A DNA stretch of 63,120 nt, counting the filler, from Octopus bimaculoides (lineage: Eukaryota): NCBI RefSeq assembly GCF_001194135.2. It is 4 parts of 4 records of this genome, joined end to end, with 100 filler letters (N's around TTAATTAATTAA, not from the genome) between each part and the next. Parts side by side here need not be neighbours in the genome. Positions count along the whole stretch, not along the records: positions 27,973 to 53,439 come from NC_068991.1; positions 53,540 to 61,266 come from NC_068982.1; positions 61,367 to 63,120 come from NW_026426626.1; 1 more part is not named here. One strand, 5' to 3'. The position numbers and the translations under genes were made by a program. The notes beneath the pieces were generated by a model. That model was not told the DNA's origin. It did no database searches and saw nothing but the letters and a program-made list of their open reading frames with translations. Below are positions 50,754 to 62,357 of the stretch, piece by piece (the first letter of the stretch is position 1; every line of letters starts with the position of its first letter).

Positions 50754-50842
50754 CTAACCCTAAACCCTAAATCCTAATACTAAACTTTAAACTTAAACCC
50801 TAATCCCTAACACTGACCCTAACCCTAACCCTATCACTAATC
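50754..50842 (+). repeat. Degenerate (CCCTAA)n telomere-like tract
   Basis: ctaaccctaaaccctaaatcctaa...ccctaaccctaacccta. Confidence 0.75.
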
Positions 50843-51704
50843 CAGAACAGTTCATTTCACAGCATAGGCTATAAATACTGCACATGCTAAAATAGCAAGG
50901 GTCAGCTTTACTGTTTATGTTCCCATGGCTGATGAAATAAATTCCAGTTAATTACTAGGACTGATCTAATTGATAAGAAGCCTTCTTCCAAATATGATGT
51001 CATGTGATGTGTTACAAATCAAAAGATACAGCACAAATGATGCCAGTCTCTACTTACATCTGCTTTGACAACATATCATCCTAATTGTGTAGGAGCCACT
51101 TGAACACCAAATATAACTGAAATAACGTTAATAGAACAATCCTCTTCAAAGCAAGTAGCACCACTTGAGAAGTGCTTTGACACCTCTTCACCACCACCAA
51201 AAAAGCATGGCAGATTTCAAGTGTCACCAATAAAAATGCCATTTGTTGATGGACAGCTTCCATCTCCAAAAATGGCAGGCATGGAAAGTTTTCTTAAGAA
51301 ATTTGCTTTTCCAACTGTACAGTTTTGAGTTGAGTTCTACTGTGTTGCATCTTGGATGTCTTTTGCTCTGTAATTCAACCAAAGCCTTGTGTGTGGATTT
51401 GGCAGAGAGAAACTGAGAGAAGCTTGTCATGTGCATATATGTGTGTGTAAATATATATATTTATGTGTATGCATGTGTATGTTTGTGTGTGAGTGTGTAT
51501 ATATTTGTGTCTCCTTACCTTGATACTGCATGACTGATTTAGTGAATGTCATTCCTTTTCAATATTCTACAAAAACATGTTTGTCCTTGCTTGGAAACAG
51601 GTAAGGGTTGGTTACAGGAAGGGCATCCAGCCACAGAAAATCTACTGCCACAAATTCCATCTGAGCCCTGCAAATAAAAAATTGGATAGGAAAACGACAG
51701 CAAC

Positions 51705-51737
<33 letters not shown>

Positions 51738-53355
51738 CTTTATTGACTACTAAGCGACATACTATAGAAGAATGCTTAATGCATCACCTCAGTCTAACCT
51801 CACAACCTGGTCCTTCGGTGACCTTGGCAAAGTCAACTCTGTTGCAAGCCTTCATGCCAGATCCTCAGTCTAAGGAAAGTTTCTTCCTTTCATCCCACCA
51901 GCCTTTCAAGGTCTAGATAAAGGGCATGGGTACTGCCCTTCCTACTCTTATAAACATTAAAAGAAAAAACATTTAAAAAACTCCAGATTCAGCTCCACAT
52001 ATCACCTGCATGGGAAGACATTTTTGCAGAGAATCAAATGACATGAAGGAAAGATTTTCTCCACAATTACATTTTAAACTATGAATAAAGAAATGTTAAC
52101 CTTAAGATCAAAACAGTAAATGCCAGACTAACCAAAGCCTTAGGTTAGTGAAATTGAATCTTTGTTAAATCACACTTTACCATTTTCAGAAAGCAAAGAT
52201 TTCTTTCACTTTATTTTCATATCTTTTTCTTTAAGACAATAGCAATCATGATTCTTTTGGGATGATCTTTGAGACTGACGGAGGAGAATCTTGTTATTCT
52301 CAACCTGGAGAGGATTTGGACTTAGCCAATGTGTCTTCTTTTTGCAGGAAGATAGATTTGGCTTCTGTTTCTAGCAGGTTGAGCAACTATAAAGAAGCTC
52401 ATGCTTTTTTTTTTTTTTTTTTTTTTTTTTGTAGTTGTTTATTCATCCTCATCCTTGTTTCTGCATCTACTTTTCCATGTTTGCATAAGCGAGACAGAAT
52501 TCATTGAGGGCAGATTTTCTATGACCAAATACCCTTAGCTGCCCTTCTTGCAACTAACCTTCACCTGTTTTCAAGCAAGGTAATACTTCTTTAAAGCCAG
52601 ATATATTTATACAGATGGTCGCAAACAAAGGATACTACTAGTGTGGCTATGATGCTCACAATTATGTCAAGACAAAAACACATATATGTACAATGGGATT
52701 CTTTCAGTTTCTGTCTACCAAATTCACTCACAAGGATGTGGTTGGGTACATAACTTCTTAACCACATAGCCTTGCCCACATTTTGCGTGAGATCATAACC
52801 CTTTTGTGGTTATTTTCCATCATAAAACTATTGGAAGTAATCCAGCACACTTTTTTATTATTAAATATGTACCAGCATTCTTTTATAATTAAACTAGTAT
52901 TCTTGTGTTGTCAAAAATGACAATCAGGTTATTTATTTTTGCATTTGTTTTACTATTCTGGTATGGGTTAGACATAAATAGAGAAATTGTCTGACAGCCA
53001 GATATCCCTGTAGTCACTAAACTTTACTTGTTTTTGAGGTCAGGGGTCTTTTATTTCACATGTCTTTGTAGGTACAAATCCAATGAATGATTTGTTGACA
53101 AGAAGTAACTGTTTGTTGTTCATGGTCTTTGGAGAATATGTTAATGAACAATACGCATACACATTCATATGCATGTATGCATATACATACATACATCGTC
53201 ATCATCATCATTTAGCATCCATTTGTCCATGCTGACATGAGTTGGACGGAATAAAAACAATAATCCTGGATGGAATTTATAAACATTCTACATGCATTAA
53301 AATGTTTATAAATTCCATCCAAGATTATAGGATTATTGTTTTTATTACTATATAT

Positions 53356-53423
<68 letters not shown>

Positions 53424-53439
53424 TCATCATCATTGTTTA

Positions 53440-53539
53440 NNNNNNNNNNNNNNNNNNNNNNNNNNNNNNNNNNNNNNNNNNNNTTAATTAATTAANNNNN
53501 NNNNNNNNNNNNNNNNNNNNNNNNNNNNNNNNNNNNNNN
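53440..53539. other. Artificial scaffold-joining spacer
   Basis: Same 44 N + TTAATTAATTAA (53484-53495) + 44 N structure. Confidence 0.92.
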
Positions 53540-53549
53540 TATATATATA

Positions 53550-53925
53550 CTAGCAAACGACACCCCGTCCGTTGGACGGTTTGTATAGGTGAAGAGAGTT
53601 AACTTGGAATGTGTTGTGGAGATGTTTGGTTAGTGCGTGCTTGCACGTGTGTATGTGAGAGAGAAAGAGGGTGGGAAAGAGAGATAGAGTGAGTGAAGGT
53701 ACACACATCTATAGAAAATGTGACGTAATAGTATAAAATTTTTACGATAGCTGATTGAAGATAAGCGAAAAGAACAGAGAAAGAAAGTGAATGATGTATA
53801 TACGTCTATATGAAACGGACGTATGTGTGTGCGTGCGTGTGTGCCGGTTGAGGACAGACTTCTTTCAAACTTTCAAAAGAAGAGAAAGAAAGTGAAAGGT
53901 GTATGTTCGTCTATATGAAATGGAC

Positions 53926-53956
<31 letters not shown>

Positions 53957-54375
53957 CGTGCTAGCGCGTGTGTATGTGAGAGGGAAAGTGAGATGGAGTG
54001 AGTGAGTGAAGGTACACACACATTGAAAATGTGACGTAATAGTATAACATTTTTACGATACTTGATTGAAGATAAGCGAAAAGAACAGAGAAAGAAAGTG
54101 AAAGATGTATATACGTCTATATGAAATGGACGTGCGTGTGTACCGGTTGTCTTAGCAACTGATTGATTTTTATGGCGGAACAAACAGGACAAAAAGATTA
54201 CAAAAATAGCGATTCTCACCTTGAAACTAACTATTTTGAAAATGCTTTTAGATTACGGAATGACCAGCTCTGTCATGTAGCCATGTTTAAAATTTTAGTC
54301 GATCGGGTGAACAATACTCCAGTTATAAGCTCACAAACAGATAGACAGAACGGATTATATATATATATATATATA
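53550..54375 (-). mobile_element. Non-autonomous Helitron-like element with internal tandem duplication
   Basis: On the minus strand a ccgtcc-aac-ggacgg hairpin (53565-53579) lies 11 nt before terminal CTAG (53550-53553), followed by T. Two ~220-240 bp internal units (about 53645-53850, 53945-54150). The 5' TC end is not clearly seen. Confidence 0.65.
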
Positions 54376-54574
54376 TTCAGGTGAATATGGTACTTAAGTT
54401 TAGGCACCAGAATTTAGTATTGTATTATCCATACAGTTTCAAAATAAAGTGATTATTGCTCTAAATTTTATATTTGATGTAATGTTTACATTGATCAATT
54501 AAATGGAGTCGCATGAAACGATCGTACTGCATTACCTTTAGATATCCTTGTTCTTTATTTTGATATATATATTT

Positions 54575-54840
54575 ATAGATAGATAGATAGATGTGGCCGG
54601 TTTATGGGCTTATCTTGAGTTTCACGTCCATAAAACGCTTAGCTTTACAGTATTTCTTCAGACCCTTAGAGAGGCCATAGGCCAACAGATTTAGGGTCTG
54701 AAGAAACGCTGTAAACCTAAGCGCTTTATGGACGTGAAACCCAGGGTAACCCCATAAACTGGTCATATTTATCTTTATCTATATAGTTTACTGCTCTATA
54801 ACTTAGAGTGTGCTTCTTTTTGGGATTTATGATTTACTGA

Positions 54841-54842
<2 letters not shown>
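54575..54842 (+). mobile_element. Fold-back PLE-like insertion (inverted pseudo-LTR) in (TA)n
   Basis: 72-bp inverted arms 54595-54666 / 54693-54764, a one-sided ~75-bp tail and microsatellite flanks. Homologous to 44670-45130. Confidence 0.75.
54690..54758 (+). ncRNA. Putative type I hammerhead ribozyme
   Basis: CUGAAGA 54698-54704, stem II 54706-54735, GAAA 54736-54739, near-palindromic stem III acccagggt, GUA cleavage triplet ending 54748. Stem I is gggt/accc plus ttta/taaa around a 2-nt bulge. Confidence 0.65.
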
Positions 54843-54889
<47 letters not shown>

Positions 54890-55589
54890 GTAGAAATATT
54901 TTAGTGGAGGAACACACGTGGTTGGATATACAGAAAGAGAAAAGAGGAAAAAACACAGGAGATTTATTTTACAGGATTAAGGAGTATATTAGAGTCATAA
55001 TAATAAAGTTATACGATTGTATACAAAATAACACTTTGTTCTTCCAACATAATTAAAGTATGAACCGGTTTCACTTTGCTCATCAAGCTATGGGTTGAAA
55101 AGTAGACATTGGTAGGAGGAAGACATATTGCAGCAATATGTAGTACAGTGATTATTTGCAGTATTAATATCCAATCTGTAGGTAGTTAACTTCATCTTTT
55201 GCTGACTGCTAGAAGACCGGTGGAAAAAGGAAAGAGAAAAATTAAAAGAATCTACCTCTCTGTGCTGACAAGTAGATTGCGTGAAAATTGAATTGTCGCA
55301 CGATGACAATCCATAAGGAAGAGAAATAGTTGCTCTTCGGCTCAGCGCTAAGTGACCAAAGAGATAGAACAAATTTTGGGTTCCGTATTTATATTTCTTT
55401 CTAACTAAATTAGGTTCTACACTTGGCAAAATCTTTTCCACATTCACCCGTCTTAACTCATCCAATCCATCGCCTTGTATACATGCCCAGTGTGAAAGTA
55501 TCTTCAGTTACTTCAAATTCATAAGACCACCGGTCTTGACAATGTCCCTTCCATTACCCTCAAACATTGCACCCCAGAGCTAGCCCCTA

Positions 55590-56640
55590 TACCTACCAAA
55601 CTGTTATTTGGAAACACGCTTTAAAGTGTTCCACTCCAAAGAAAGGTAACTTCTGATATTGCTAACTATCGGCCTATTTCACTTCCATTATCTTTTGGAT
55701 AGTATAGTCAGCCTTTAACAACGACTTTCCTTGTTACCCTCCAGTGGGCTCTTGCTTTGGAGGAGTGACGTAGTGAAAGCAATATAACCGCTCTCGGCAT
55801 CAGTAAAGCTTTTGGCTATGTCTGAAATCGAAACTTTCCGCCTGTAAACTCTATCCATCTCTCGTTTCTTGAATCGCTAATTTCTTATCAGGTCTCACAA
55901 TCGTGGTTGGTGTTAACATAGGTCTTTTTCACCCTCATTTTATGAACTCCGGTGTAATCCAGGTTAAGTTTTGTCCCACTCCCACACACTTTCTTCAGTC
56001 TACACAACAATGATCTTGCCACTTCGCCAAATAATGTCTAGTCTTACGCAGATGACATTACTTTCCATTCTTCCATAACTTTCAACGATGCTTCATCCAT
56101 CGCAACCTTGACATCACATGCCAAATTTATGCATGCATGTATGTGAGTTGGGCAAAGACCAAGCTGATGCAAGTCGACGATGGACCAGACCCTTCACCTT
56201 CTTGGACTCACTAACAATGGAGACCTAACTCCTCAGATGTGATCTGGCCACCGAAGTCATGCACTCTCATGGAAGTCACTTTGGAGTCATTGCTCTATCT
56301 CCCAGAAGACAAAGCTCCACATTAACAACGCGTCGGTCCTGTCTGTTCTCCTTTATGGAGCAGAAACGTACCTTTCACGAAAACTCCGACAAAGAGAGGA
56401 TCGACAGCCTCGACACCAGAGTCTTGAGCACCATTGACAACATCAGATAGTACCATCGCATTTCCAATGTAAAGCTGCTTGCGCGCACGCATCAATCTAC
56501 AGTTTCCCTCCTCACATGGTACAGATATGTAAATACTTTCCCAATGAAACTTGCACTTCATTTTAGAATCTCCGAGGAAGCTATAAGGTGATGCACAAGT
56601 ACTCAGCTTTGAGTGCACTGCATCTTATAGTAGAAGTGGC
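55590..56640 (+). mobile_element. CR1/L2/Jockey-group LINE RT remnant
   Basis: Fragments PKKG..SDIANYRPISL, ISKAF, NSGV.Q, SYADDITF in correct order, with many frameshifts. Confidence 0.7.
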
Positions 56641-56764
56641 TCTAAGTTAATGAAATGCATTGCATAATTCGCTGTTCCTTTGACATTTAATTTCATATTA
56701 GATTCTGTACTCAACTAATGCTTTATTCTGAAACATACATATATACATACATGCATACATACAT

Positions 56765-56831
<67 letters not shown>

Positions 56832-56865
56832 AACATGCATACATACATACATACATACATACATA

Positions 56866-58144
56866 CTAGGGCTGGACAAAATAATGGAAACACCTTAAAA
56901 TTTCAAAAAAATTATTTTAATATGGCGTAGGACCGCCTTTAGCAATAGTTACAGGTTGAATTCTACAAGGTATGGACTCATACAAAGTTTGAATTGTTTC
57001 CAAATAAATTTTTGTCTATTCTTCAGCTAAAACAGTCTCCAGTTCTTGTAGTGATGATGGTGGAGGATATCGACTCCTTACTTGTTTTTCTAAAATGCAC
57101 CATAAATGTTCAATAATATTGAGATCTGGGGACTGTGGTGGCCAGATAAGAGATTCAACTTCACTATAATGTTCCTCGTGCCATTTAGTAACAACTTTAG
57201 TTGTGTGAATTGGTGCATTAGCATCCTGAAAGATTGCGTTTCGCTCCGGAAACAGTTCCGCAATGATAGGATAAATTTGACCAGTTAAAATGCTTAAATA
57301 GTCTTGACTATTAATTTTGCCAAGAAGGGAAACCATTGGGCCGGCAGACTTCCAAGATATAGCCCCCCCCCCAGGTCATCACAGATCCTCCTCCATGTTT
57401 AACAGTTGGAAGAAGGCAGTTTGGGTCAAATGCTTCTTTTGGCTGTCTCCACACGTATACTCGGTCGATGGTCGTACATATGGTAAAGGATGACTCGTCC
57501 GGGAAAATAACATTCTTCCACTGCTCAAGGGACCAATTCTATAGGTTTTTACTCCACTCCAAACGCTTTGCAACGTTTGTTTTTGAAAGTAATGGTTTTC
57601 TGACTGCAGCCCTCTCATGAAATCCGGCTTTGTGCAGCTCCCAACAAACAGTTTTTGTGGAAACTGGGTGCTCGAGGTGGTCATTAAGCTCTGCAGTAAT
57701 TTTGGGAGCTGTACTTTTGTGATCCTTTCTCACAATTCGAGTAAGAGTCTGACGGTCCCTATCTGAAAGTTTTGGTTTTCTTCCAGAATTTTGTTTCGAC
57801 GAGGAGGTTTTTCCCTCTTTCTCAAAGGCTGTTATTACTTTCGAAACAGTACTTTTGATACACCAGACATTTCAGCTGTTTTCGTTACACTAGCGCCTGC
57901 CATACAAGTACCGACAATTTGACCTCTTTAAAAGTCCGATAGATCTGTCATTTTAATGAATTTTAATTACCTTTTCCTCATGATATCTGTAAAGAAACAA
58001 TAAGTTTAGCAAAACATATTAAACAACACGAATGATAAATAAAAAACAAACAAAAATAAACAAACTTTTGACGGTTTTCTAGATATTTCAAAATTATAAT
58101 GCTATGATGCTAGGTGTTTCCAATATATATATTGTATGTCCCTG
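56866..58144 (-). mobile_element. Tc1-family DNA transposon, second copy of the same family
   Basis: Left TIR ctagggctggacaaaataatggaaacacc; right TIR degenerate, ending ccctg|TA. Transposase start at 57951; FQDANAPIHT, WPPQSPDLNIIEHLW. Confidence 0.93.
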
Positions 58145-58159
58145 TACATACAATATATA

Positions 58160-58945
58160 CAGGGTGCGGTGAATATGTTAGTCGTCTAAATTATGCAAAA
58201 ATGAAAATAACACATCTCATTTTAACAGATATGTTTACCAAAACTACATAAAAATATCTTGAAATACGAAAGAGTAAATTTTTTCAATAAAATCATCATT
58301 AGCTTTAACCACGGCTTCTAGTCGATTTCGGAATCTCCATCAACTCTTCTGGACGGTCTCCTTGTTTATGTTGGTGAATGCTGCCATAATCCTTGCCTTC
58401 AGTTCATCTTTGGTTACAAGGAGTTTTGCTGGTCTCTCGCTCAACTGCGCCCCACACATAATAAAGTGGGTTGCAGTCTGGGGAGTTAGATGGCCAGATG
58501 TTGGGGTTGATGTGGTCGCAGAAATTGTCTGGCAGCTATGACTGGGTTCTCCTACTTGTGTGGAATGGTGCAGAGTCCTGTTACCAGACATAGGGTCTTC
58601 CAGCAGTACCCTCTTGACCCAGGGCAGTGCTACCTCCTCCAGGCTCTTGATGTAGACCTCCGTGTGGAATTTGAGGCCATGTGGGTAGACGAATGGAGGC
58701 ATAACGTTGCCATCACTAGTGATCACTCCAAACACCATAATGTTGACTGGATGTTTGATTTTTATCACTCTCAGTACATATTTTGGGGACACAGCAAGCC
58801 AACGATTGTTCTGTGTGTTGACCATCTGTTCGTATTGGATCTTCCGGCGCGAATGCCAAGCAGTACAGCATGTCGTTTCCAAATTTCTAGCAGTGTGAAT
58901 CGCGTCATGGTGTCGTTTTTCTCACAGAGGGTGCCCACCTGACCC
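58160..58945 (-). mobile_element. maT (DD37D-type) Tc1/mariner element with internal deletion
   Basis: TA|cagggtg end at 58160. N-terminus MTRFTLLEIWKRHAVLLGIRAG (ATG 58908) is fused to QMVNTQNNRWLA...HPVNIMVFGVITSDGNVMPPF...QDSAP...SPDCNPLYYVW. Family assigned from recalled motif similarity. The 5' TIR is not seen before the gap. Confidence 0.8.
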
Positions 58946-59129
58946 TACTATACTGTGTGGTCGACAAAATCCAAAACAAATAATGCGCATGCGTAAAATT
59001 AAAAATATAAAATGCGACAATCTACTCATCGCACAGTTTATTAGTAGCGTCGCCATGATGAAATTCCTTAGACAGGCAAACACACACACTAACACAAACA
59101 CACACAAACACGCGCACGCACGCACGCAC

Positions 59130-59170
<41 letters not shown>

Positions 59171-60120
59171 TATACATACACTCAGTGTGTGCACTATACT
59201 TATATAGAGAAGGAGAGCGAGGGAGAGAGAGAGGGAGAAAGCGAGTTTACAACGAGATAAACGTAAAAGACAGAGAAAGAGAAAGAAAGAGAGAGAGGTG
59301 GGTAGATCTTTTCTGTTGCTGTCACAGGTTTTGAAATTTTAAAATTAAGTGAAAATTTTCAAAATTGGTATGCTGATATAATTTTTCACCCTGAGTATGA
59401 TTTTGGGATTCATTTATTCCAGAAAAGTTCCAGAAAAATGATATNNNNNNNNNNNNNNNNNNNNNNNNNNNNNNNNNNNNNNNNNNNNNNNNNNNNNNNN
59501 NNNNNNNNNNNNNNNNNNNNNNNNNNNNNNNNNNNNNNNNNNNNNNNNNNNNNNNNNNNNNNNNNNNNNNNNNNNNNNNNNNNNNNNNNNNNNNNNNNNN
59601 NNNNNNNNNNNNNNNNNNNNNNNNNNNNNNNNNNNNNNNNNNNNNNNNNNNNNNNNNNNNNNNNNNNNNNNNNNNNNNNNNNNNNNNNNNNNNNNNNNNN
59701 NNNNNNNNNNNNNNNNNNNNNNNNNNNNNNNNNNNNNNNNNNNNNNNNNNNNNNNNNNNNNNNNNNNNNNNNNNNNNNNNNNNNNNNNNNNNNNNNNNNN
59801 NNNNNNNNNNNNNNNNNNNNNNNNNNNNNNNNNNNNNNNNNNNNNNNNNNNNNNNNNNNNNNNNNNNNNNNNNNNNNNNNNNNNNNNNNNNNNNNNNNNN
59901 NNNNNNNNNNNNNNNNNNNNNNNNNNNNNNNNNNNNNNNNNNNNNNNNNNNNNNNNNNNNNNNNNNNNNNNNNNNNNNNNNNNNNNNNNNNNNNNNNNNN
60001 NNNNNNNNNNNNNNNNNNNNNNNNNNNNNNNNNNNNNNNNNNNNNNNNNNNNNNNNNNNNNNNNNNNNNNNNNNNNNNNNNNNNNNNNNNNNNNNNNNNN
60101 NNNNNNNNNNNNNNNNNNNN

Positions 60121-61266
60121 TTTTTGTTAGAAAGCTGATACATCTATTTCTTTATTCTAACTCATTCTGTGCTTTTTAGAGTATTTATAAATCGTTTTTT
60201 TTTTTGTTGCTATTTTTGTTTAGAGATGGATAAGTTGGAAATTCGTACAGTTTTGAAATATGAGTTCTTTCGTGGAAATATAGCATCACAGACAGCTCGG
60301 AATATCAATAGAGCATTTCATTCGAATGTTATTACACAGTAGACAGTATCGAATTGGTTTGCAAAATTTCGTTCTGGTTCTTTGACTTCACAAATGAGCA
60401 ACGCGGTCGACTAGAAACAAAGGTGGATAACGACGAACTGAAAACAATCGTCGAGTCAGATTCATCTCAAAGTGCCCGTAAATTGTCGTTGTTGTTTGGT
60501 GTTAGCAAGAAAATAATATTGTTCAAATCGGTAAAGTGAAAAAGTTGGATAAGTGGGATCCACACGAACCCGATGAAAATCAGAAACAACAACATTTGGA
60601 AGCCTGCATTATGCTACTTTCGCGTCACAAAAATGAATCATTTTTTAATCGAATTGTAACGTGATGAGAAATGGATCCAATACAACAACCTTAAACGTTC
60701 AGCGCAATGTTTGGACAAAGACGAGCCATCAAAACACAGTTCAAAAATCAAAATTCATCAAAAGAAGTTGATGATGTGTTTGGTGATCTGGTGCAGGTGT
60801 GATCCATTATGATTTCATTAAACCTGACTCATCAATCACAGCCAAAGTATACTGCAGCCAACTGAACCAAATGATGCAGAAACTTACAAAAAAAAAAAAA
60901 ACAGCCTAGATTAGTCAACAGATCCACTCCTATTTTATTGCAGGACAACACTAAACCACACATCGCAAAAATGACATTGGCGAAACTACAAGAGTTGGAG
61001 TTGGAAGTTCTCCATCATCCACCATATTCACCTGATCTTGCCACCACTGACTACCACTTCTTCCAGAATTTGGATAACTTTTTGATAGGAAAGAAAATTA
61101 ATTCCGACGATGCTGTAAAACAGGCCTTTCGAGATTTTATTGACTCTAGATTGCCAGGCTTTTACAGTTCCGGTCTGAATAAGCTACCGCTGAAATGGCA
61201 AAAGTGTATTCATAATATGGGTGCATACGTTGATGAATAAAACTATTTCTTGTATTTATAAAACAT
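60121..61266 (+). mobile_element. mariner (DD34D) transposon, degenerate transposase 60226-61240
   Basis: MDKLEIRTVLKYEF...TARNINRAF...WFAKFRSG, frameshifted DEKWI, QDNTKPH, HPPYSPDLATTDYHFFQNLDNFL...KWQKCI. Both ends are cut by gaps. Confidence 0.93.
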
Positions 61267-61366
61267 NNNNNNNNNNNNNNNNNNNNNNNNNNNNNNNNNN
61301 NNNNNNNNNNTTAATTAATTAANNNNNNNNNNNNNNNNNNNNNNNNNNNNNNNNNNNNNNNNNNNN
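61267..61366. other. Artificial scaffold-joining spacer
   Basis: Same 44 N + TTAATTAATTAA (61311-61322) + 44 N structure. Confidence 0.92.
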
Positions 61367-62313
61367 AGTTGTAGTGTGTGCGTGGTGTGATGCGAGGGTA
61401 TTGGTGTGGTGGGATGGTAGGTGAGGGGAAAAACGCGTGCGTTCTGTCGTGATACAAACAATATATGAGTATATGCATATATATGTACATGTATGTATAT
61501 ACGTTCATCCACATGTACATATAGATACATAACTGGGTACATGACGTGGCAAAAGAACAAAGACAAAAATGGTAAACAAACAAGCANNNNNNNNNNNNNN
61601 NNNNNNNNNNNNNNNNNNNNNNNNNNNNNNNNNNNNNNNNNNNNNNNNNNNNNNNNNNNNNNNNNNNNNNNNNNNNNNNNNNNNNNNNNNNNNNNNNNNN
61701 NNNNNNNNNNNNNNNNNNNNNNNNNNNNNNNNNNNNNNNNNNNNNNNNNNNNNNNNNNNNNNNNNNNNNNNNNNNNNNNNNNNNNNNNNNNNNNNNNNNN
61801 NNNNNNNNNNNNNNNNNNNNNNNNNNNNNNNNNNNNNNNNNNNNNNNNNNNNNNNNNNNNNNNNNNNNNNNNNNNNNNNNNNNNNNNNNNNNNNNNNNNN
61901 NNNNNNNNNNNNNNNNNNNNNNNNNNNNNNNNNNNNNNNNNNNNNNNNNNNNNNNNNNNNNNNNNNNNNNNNNNNNNNNNNNNNNNNNNNNNNNNNNNNN
62001 NNNNNNNNNNNNNNNNNNNNNNNNNNNNNNNNNNNNNNNNNNNNNNNNNNNNNNNNNNNNNNNNNNNNNNNNNNNNNNNNNNNNNNNNNNNNNNNNNNNN
62101 NNNNNNNNNNNNNNNNNNNNNNNNNNNNNNNNNNNNNNNNNNNNNNNNNNNNNNNNNNNNNNNNNNNNNNNNNNNNNNNNNNNNNNNNNNNNNNNNNNNN
62201 NNNNNNNNNNNNNNNNNNNNNNNNCACGTCATGTACCCAGTTATGTATCTATATGTACATGTGGATGAACGTATATACATACATGTACATATATATGCAT
62301 ATACTCATATATT

Positions 62314-62357
<44 letters not shown>

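Noticed and set aside
55088-55465. 125-aa minus-strand ORF as a host gene
   Set aside because: Non-ATG start, no recognisable motif and no convincing splice boundaries.
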